Shown: positions 59,647 through 64,000 of the stretch, piece by piece
Numbering within the stretch: the stretch's first letter is position 1
Layout of the letters: each line of letters starts with the position of its first letter
NCBI GenBank assembly: GCA_038886535.1
Contig: JAVZXS010000001.1
Location: forward strand, 160,001 to 224,000
From: Candidatus Micrarchaeia archaeon
GTDB lineage: Archaea; Micrarchaeota; Micrarchaeia; CABMEP01
Direction of reading: 5' to 3'
DNA: 64,000 bases
Translations under genes and position numbers: made by a program
The notes under the pieces: generated by a model
Seen by the model: only the letters and a program-made list of their open reading frames with translations
Database searches by the model: none
What the model was told of the DNA's origin: nothing

Positions 59647-61689
59647 ATGATTCAACCAGATCTTTCTCCAATAACTCAAAAATTCGAAGAATTCTTTACA
59701 GACAAATATAGTAAGGAGTTTCAGATCTTGAAGAATCTTTATCCGGAGAAAAGAAGTTTTTATTTTTCATATAAAGAATTGCACAAATATGACCATGAAT
59801 TCGCAGAGAAATTAATTGACAATCCAGATACATATTTAAAGGCAGCAGAATTAGCTCTCATTTCTATGGCTGGAGAAGAAAAGAAAAACTTTGAACCTCA
59901 TGCGAGAGTTGAAGAAGTTGAGACAGCTGAAAAAACAGTTCTAATTCAAGACATAGGATCAGAACATATTCATAAATTGATAAGTGTAACAGGTGTGGTA
60001 ACAAAACGTGCAGAAATAAGACCAAAAGTGAATGTTGCAATTTATAATTGTACAAACTGTGGAAATACTGAGAAGGTTGTAATGGAGAAAGGAGTATATA
60101 TTCCAGATACATGTAGCAACTGTAGAAAAAGAACTCTTGAACTTGATGAAAAAGCCTCAAAATTTATGAATATTCAGCGTGCAGAAATACAAGAACTTCT
60201 TGAAAGAGTAAGGAGCGGTTCTCCAGCAAGCCATATCGAGCTTTTCTTAGATGATGATCTTTGTAATACAATAATCCCTGGGGATACAATTGAAGTTGTA
60301 GGAATTGTAAGATTAAGGCACGTAGGTAAGGCAAAAGATCCTATCTATTCAAAGTATATAGATGTAGTTTCAATAAGAAATACTCAAAGAGAATTTGAAG
60401 AAGTTGAATTGACAAAAGAAGATATTAAAAAAATACAGGAATTTGCAAGGCAACCTAATGTATTTGAGATAATAACTAACTCAATTGCTCCTTCAATTTA
60501 TGGTCATAGAGAGATGAAGCAAGCAATTGCACTTCAATTATTTGGAGGGAATCCAGATAAAGTTCTTCCAGAAGGTGGAAGAATAAGAAGTGACATCCAT
60601 ATATTATTAATAGGAGATCCTGGTGCTGCAAAGACAAGGATGCTTCAATATGTGACTTCATTGGCACCTAAGAGCATTTATGTAAGTGGTAAGTCGGTAT
60701 CAGGGGTAGGTCTTACTGCGAGTGCAGAGAAAGACGATTTAGGAGAGGGCTGGACGCTCAAGGCAGGAGCATTAGTCCTTGCATCAGGAGGTCTTGCAGC
60801 TGTCGATGAGTTTGATAAAATAGACGATACAGAAAGAGCAGCTCTCCATGAAGTAATGGAGTCTGGAACCGTTTCAATAGCAAAAGCAGGAATTGTTGCT
60901 AAGTTCAAGGCAAAAACATCAATTCTTGCAGCTGCAAATCCTAAATTCGGAAGATTTGATCCTAATCAGCTTATTGCAATTCAATTCGATATTCCACCAA
61001 CTCTTCAAAGTAGATTTGATTTAATATTTCCAATTAGAGATGTAATAGATGAGAATTCAGATAGAAAATTAGCAAGATACCTTTTAGAAACACACAAAAA
61101 TGCAGCAGAGAATATAATTCCAGAGTCTAAAGAAGAAAAAGTTGATACTGATTTCTTGAGGAAGTATATTGCTTACGCACGGAAAAACATCAAGCCTAAA
61201 CTATCACCAGAAGCTCAGAATAGGATCGAGTCATTTTATGTTCAATTAAGAGAGATGGGTAAAAGACAGGGTGCAGTTCCAATTACTCCGCGTCAAATTG
61301 AAGGTATAATTCGTTTAAGCGAGGCAAGTGCAAAGTCAAGGCTGTCTGAAGTTGTTGAGCTTAGAGACGCAGAGCTTGCAATTAGCTTAATGGAATATGT
61401 ACTAAAAGAGATTGCTTTGGATAGAAGCACAGGTGCAATCAACATAGATATAATTGCAACAGGTCAACCTAAATCAAAACAGCAACAGTACTATGATTTA
61501 TATGGTGCTATGAGGGAATTAAGCAAGCAATTTGATCCAATACCTAAAGAAAAAATATACGAAGAAGGAATTAACAACCTGAAGCTTGAAGAAAGAACAA
61601 TAAGAATGATTTTGGATGAAATGCTTAAGAAAGGAGAGATCTTTGAACCTAAGCCAGGCCACTTTAAGATAGTGCACACGTATGAATAA
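59647..61689 (+). CDS. mcm: replicative helicase MCM
   Basis: CTNC..CSNC Zn finger, GDPGAAKT, GLTA, AGALVLA, DEFDK, AAANP, SRFD, ITPRQIE; no intein. Confidence 0.98.
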   Translation: MIQPDLSPITQKFEEFFTDKYSKEFQILKNLYPEKRSFYFSYKELHKYDHEFAEKLIDNPDTYLKAAELALISMAGEEKKNFEPHARVEEVETAEKTVLIQDIGSEHIHKLISVTGVVTKRAEIRPKVNVAIYNCTNCGNTEKVVMEKGVYIPDTCSNCRKRTLELDEKASKFMNIQRAEIQELLERVRSGSPASHIELFLDDDLCNTIIPGDTIEVVGIVRLRHVGKAKDPIYSKYIDVVSIRNTQREFEEVELTKEDIKKIQEFARQPNVFEIITNSIAPSIYGHREMKQAIALQLFGGNPDKVLPEGGRIRSDIHILLIGDPGAAKTRMLQYVTSLAPKSIYVSGKSVSGVGLTASAEKDDLGEGWTLKAGALVLASGGLAAVDEFDKIDDTERAALHEVMESGTVSIAKAGIVAKFKAKTSILAAANPKFGRFDPNQLIAIQFDIPPTLQSRFDLIFPIRDVIDENSDRKLARYLLETHKNAAENIIPESKEEKVDTDFLRKYIAYARKNIKPKLSPEAQNRIESFYVQLREMGKRQGAVPITPRQIEGIIRLSEASAKSRLSEVVELRDAELAISLMEYVLKEIALDRSTGAINIDIIATGQPKSKQQQYYDLYGAMRELSKQFDPIPKEKIYEEGINNLKLEERTIRMILDEMLKKGEIFEPKPGHFKIVHTYE

Positions 61690-61796
61690 CTAATCTAACA
61701 ATTGATATGCTTCTAATTTTGAATATTATTTTAAATTTATCATTTCAAATAAAAAATAAGAGAATAATATGAGTTAATGTCAGATTAATTATTTAA

Positions 61797-62687
61797 GTGA
61801 TTAGAATGAAGGCATTAGATATTGTTTTGATTTTGTTTCTGTTGGCGCAGCTAATTTCGTTAGGCGTTGGCGTTCTTCTTATTGAGGGAGCGAAAACAAA
61901 TCCGGCTCTTTCTGCATTGAACATTGCTCCAGACGAATCTTATTCAATATCAAATTCGTTCTATCTTTTAATCTCAATTCTTATAGGTGCAGCTTTGATA
62001 CTAATTCTATTATTAATGCCTTTCAAAAAATACTTGATACTCATAGTTGAATTTATCTCAGCTATGTTTGCTTCATTCGTCGTCTTTTTCGTTTTCCTAT
62101 CTGCATTTAATATAAGCTATGCAGATTTTATAGCACTTATACTTTCTTTATTATTGTTTATATTAAGGATGGTTTTCATTTCTTTCAGGAATCTTCTTGC
62201 AATAATTGCGGCAGCAGGCATAGGTGCAGTGATCGCATTCTCAATTGATCCGATTCCTTTATTTATATTCGTTATCTTACTTGCAATTTATGATATACTC
62301 GCTGTAAGATGGACGAAGCATATGGTAAAGTTCGCCCAGTACTTTATGAAAGAGAAGACATCTTTTTCAATTGGATTTGAAGGAATAAGACAAATAAAGG
62401 TCAGGGAAGAAGGAAAGATAATAACTAAGGAACAGCCTTGGCATATCGAACTGGGAACAGGTGATGCTGCTGTTGCGTCCATGATAACAGTAGTATCTTA
62501 TAAGCTTGGAGGCTTAATCTTTCCAACTGTTTCAATGCTTGCTGCAACATTTGGACTTTATCTAGTTTTTGTTAATGCAGCCAGAAGGAAAGAGATAATG
62601 CCAGCCCTACCATTCATTGTTGGAGCATCACTCATTGCAATATTAATAGTTTCAGGATTGCTGAGTATATTAAATATATCTTTTTAA
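61797..62687 (+). CDS. presenilin/SPP-family intramembrane aspartyl protease
   Basis: LAIYDILAV, LGTGD, MPALPF; polytopic. Confidence 0.9.
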   Translation: MIRMKALDIVLILFLLAQLISLGVGVLLIEGAKTNPALSALNIAPDESYSISNSFYLLISILIGAALILILLLMPFKKYLILIVEFISAMFASFVVFFVFLSAFNISYADFIALILSLLLFILRMVFISFRNLLAIIAAAGIGAVIAFSIDPIPLFIFVILLAIYDILAVRWTKHMVKFAQYFMKEKTSFSIGFEGIRQIKVREEGKIITKEQPWHIELGTGDAAVASMITVVSYKLGGLIFPTVSMLAATFGLYLVFVNAARRKEIMPALPFIVGASLIAILIVSGLLSILNISF

Positions 62688-62786
62688 TTTACTTTGCTTA
62701 AATAAATGCAGCAGCACGGTAAGGCTTATTCTTTATAAACCTTCATAACAATATTATAATACTGTAAATATTTAGTTTGTGATTTT

Positions 62787-63209
62787 ATGAGCATCGATGT
62801 AAATGATTATGAAAAATTGCTAGATAAGGCATATTCAGAACTTCCAGAAAAAAGAGTTACAAAAGAACGTTTAGAAATTCCACTTCCAGAGACGCTTGTT
62901 CAAGGAAATAGGACTATAGTAAAGAATTTTGAATCAATAACCAACAAGATGAGAAGAGATCCAAGGCATGTTGGAAAGTTCCTTGCAAAGGAATTGGCAA
63001 CAAGTTTTAATATAGAAGGAGGAAAGCTTGTCTTAAATACAAAAGTTAATGATAAGCTCTTAAATGAAAAGCTCAAGCAATACATGGAGATATTCCTCTA
63101 CTGCAAGCAATGCAAGCTTCCAGATACAAGGTTAGAAGAGGTTGAAAGAGGCCTTATGTTAATGGTTTGCGAAGCATGCGGTGCTCGTTCGTCAGTTCCA
63201 AAAGTCTGA
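62787..63209 (+). CDS. eif2b: translation initiation factor aIF2 subunit beta
   Basis: YEKLLDKAY, GNRTIVKNF, KELAT, CKQCKLPDT..CEACGA Zn ribbon. Confidence 0.96.
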   Translation: MSIDVNDYEKLLDKAYSELPEKRVTKERLEIPLPETLVQGNRTIVKNFESITNKMRRDPRHVGKFLAKELATSFNIEGGKLVLNTKVNDKLLNEKLKQYMEIFLYCKQCKLPDTRLEEVERGLMLMVCEACGARSSVPKV

Positions 63210-63252
63210 TTAATTATATTTATTAGTTTATTTCATTTAATATGGTGGTTTA

Positions 63253-63558
63253 TTGACAGAACAAAATCAAGGAGAACAGGTACTTAGAGTTAGAACGCCT
63301 AAAGATAAGGAGGTTTTGGGCCTTATTATCGGAAGAGTAGGTGGAAGTAGATTCATAGTGTTATGCTCAGATAAGAAAGAAAGACTTTGCAGGGTGCCAG
63401 GAAAAATAAAACATGACATCTGGGTTAAGGAAGGGGATTATGTTATAGTAGAGCCATGGGCAATTGAGAGCGATAAGAAAGGAGACATAATTTGGAGATA
63501 TACAAAGATTCAAGCAGATTGGCTTAGAAGACACGGATTTTTGAAGGATCTCGAATAA
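63253..63558 (+). CDS. eif1a: translation initiation factor aIF1A
   Basis: RLCRVPGKIK..IWVKEGDYVIVEPW, KGDIIWRY. Confidence 0.96.
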   Translation: MTEQNQGEQVLRVRTPKDKEVLGLIIGRVGGSRFIVLCSDKKERLCRVPGKIKHDIWVKEGDYVIVEPWAIESDKKGDIIWRYTKIQADWLRRHGFLKDLE

Positions 63559-63592
63559 TCTCATATCTTTGTTTCCTATTGTTAGATTTGGG

Positions 63593-64000
63593 ATGATTAT
63601 GCCTCTTGATGAATTCGAATTTTTAGATAAGGCAATAAAAGCAAAGAAAGAAAAGAAAAAGATCGAGAGTGAAGTTTTTGATCCGAAGGTTTTAGACATC
63701 TTGATTCATCTTTTAAATAACAAGTATATAGAGAGCATAGACTTTCCAATTTCAAAAGGAAAGGAAGCATATGTTTTCAGAGCAACTAAGGGAAGCAAAC
63801 TCCTGAATCAAGATTTAAAGAAGAAAAAGTCTAAGTTTGCTGCTTTAAAGATATATATGATAGAAACATCTGACTTTAAGCACATGCAGAATTATATAAG
63901 AGGGGATCCAAGATTTAGAAAAGTACCGCATTCCAAGAAAGAGATAGTATATGAATGGACTAAAAAGGAATTTAGGAATCTAAGACTTTGCTATGAAGAG
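63593..64000 (+). CDS. rio1: Rio1 atypical protein kinase, 3'-truncated by window edge (not in ORF track)
   Basis: Translates MIMPLDEF...ISKGKEAYVF...ALKIY...YIRGDPRF...WTKKEFRNL; conserved position after aIF1A. Confidence 0.93.
   Translation, partial: MIMPLDEFEFLDKAIKAKKEKKKIESEVFDPKVLDILIHLLNNKYIESIDFPISKGKEAYVFRATKGSKLLNQDLKKKKSKFAALKIYMIETSDFKHMQNYIRGDPRFRKVPHSKKEIVYEWTKKEFRNLRLCYEE

Noticed and set aside
61797..62687. GxGD protease as the prepilin peptidase for the pilin cluster
   Set aside because: YD/GxGD/PAL motifs mark the presenilin/SPP (A22) family, not PibD/FlaK (A24)
1..64000. CRISPR arrays, IS elements, rRNA, inteins, tRNA introns
   Set aside because: No regularly spaced direct repeats, transposase/integrase motifs, rRNA-like GC-rich tracts or insertions in mcm and the tRNAs were seen by eye

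Overview
AT-rich, densely coded archaeal chromosome segment. Archaeal markers include EF-1alpha, S8e, Cgi121, MCM, aIF2-beta, aIF1A, Rio1, TATA boxes and GGTGA-type Shine-Dalgarno sites. The gene repertoire looks DPANN-like, probably Micrarchaeota-related (inference). Core genes: gatA/gatB, scpA/scpB, tuf-rps10-tRNA-Ser, eno, rad50, apgM, two ether-lipid enzymes, nre/XPF, metG, mcm and four tRNAs, plus an RNase P RNA absent from the ORF track (56714-57006, minus) that appears to be a reduced type-M-like form. The most unusual content is cell-surface machinery: (i) a type IV pilus assembly operon and a separate cluster of five pilin-like genes with a propeller-like adhesin, headed by a degenerate KaiC-like protein; (ii) an operon of a 2718-aa anchorless beta-helix/Ig surface protein and two paralogous membrane-anchored Cys-rich proteins, one carrying three cystine-knot-like (omega-conotoxin-like spacing) modules; (iii) next to it, an orphan secreted protein with the pattern of a ~12-stranded outer-membrane beta-barrel ending in Phe, unexpected in an archaeon. 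There is also a palindrome/hairpin-dense control region around a coiled-coil wHTH gene and a structured leader upstream of a TRAM gene. No transposase, integrase, CRISPR array or rRNA was seen. All calls are from motif reading by eye; no searches were run.
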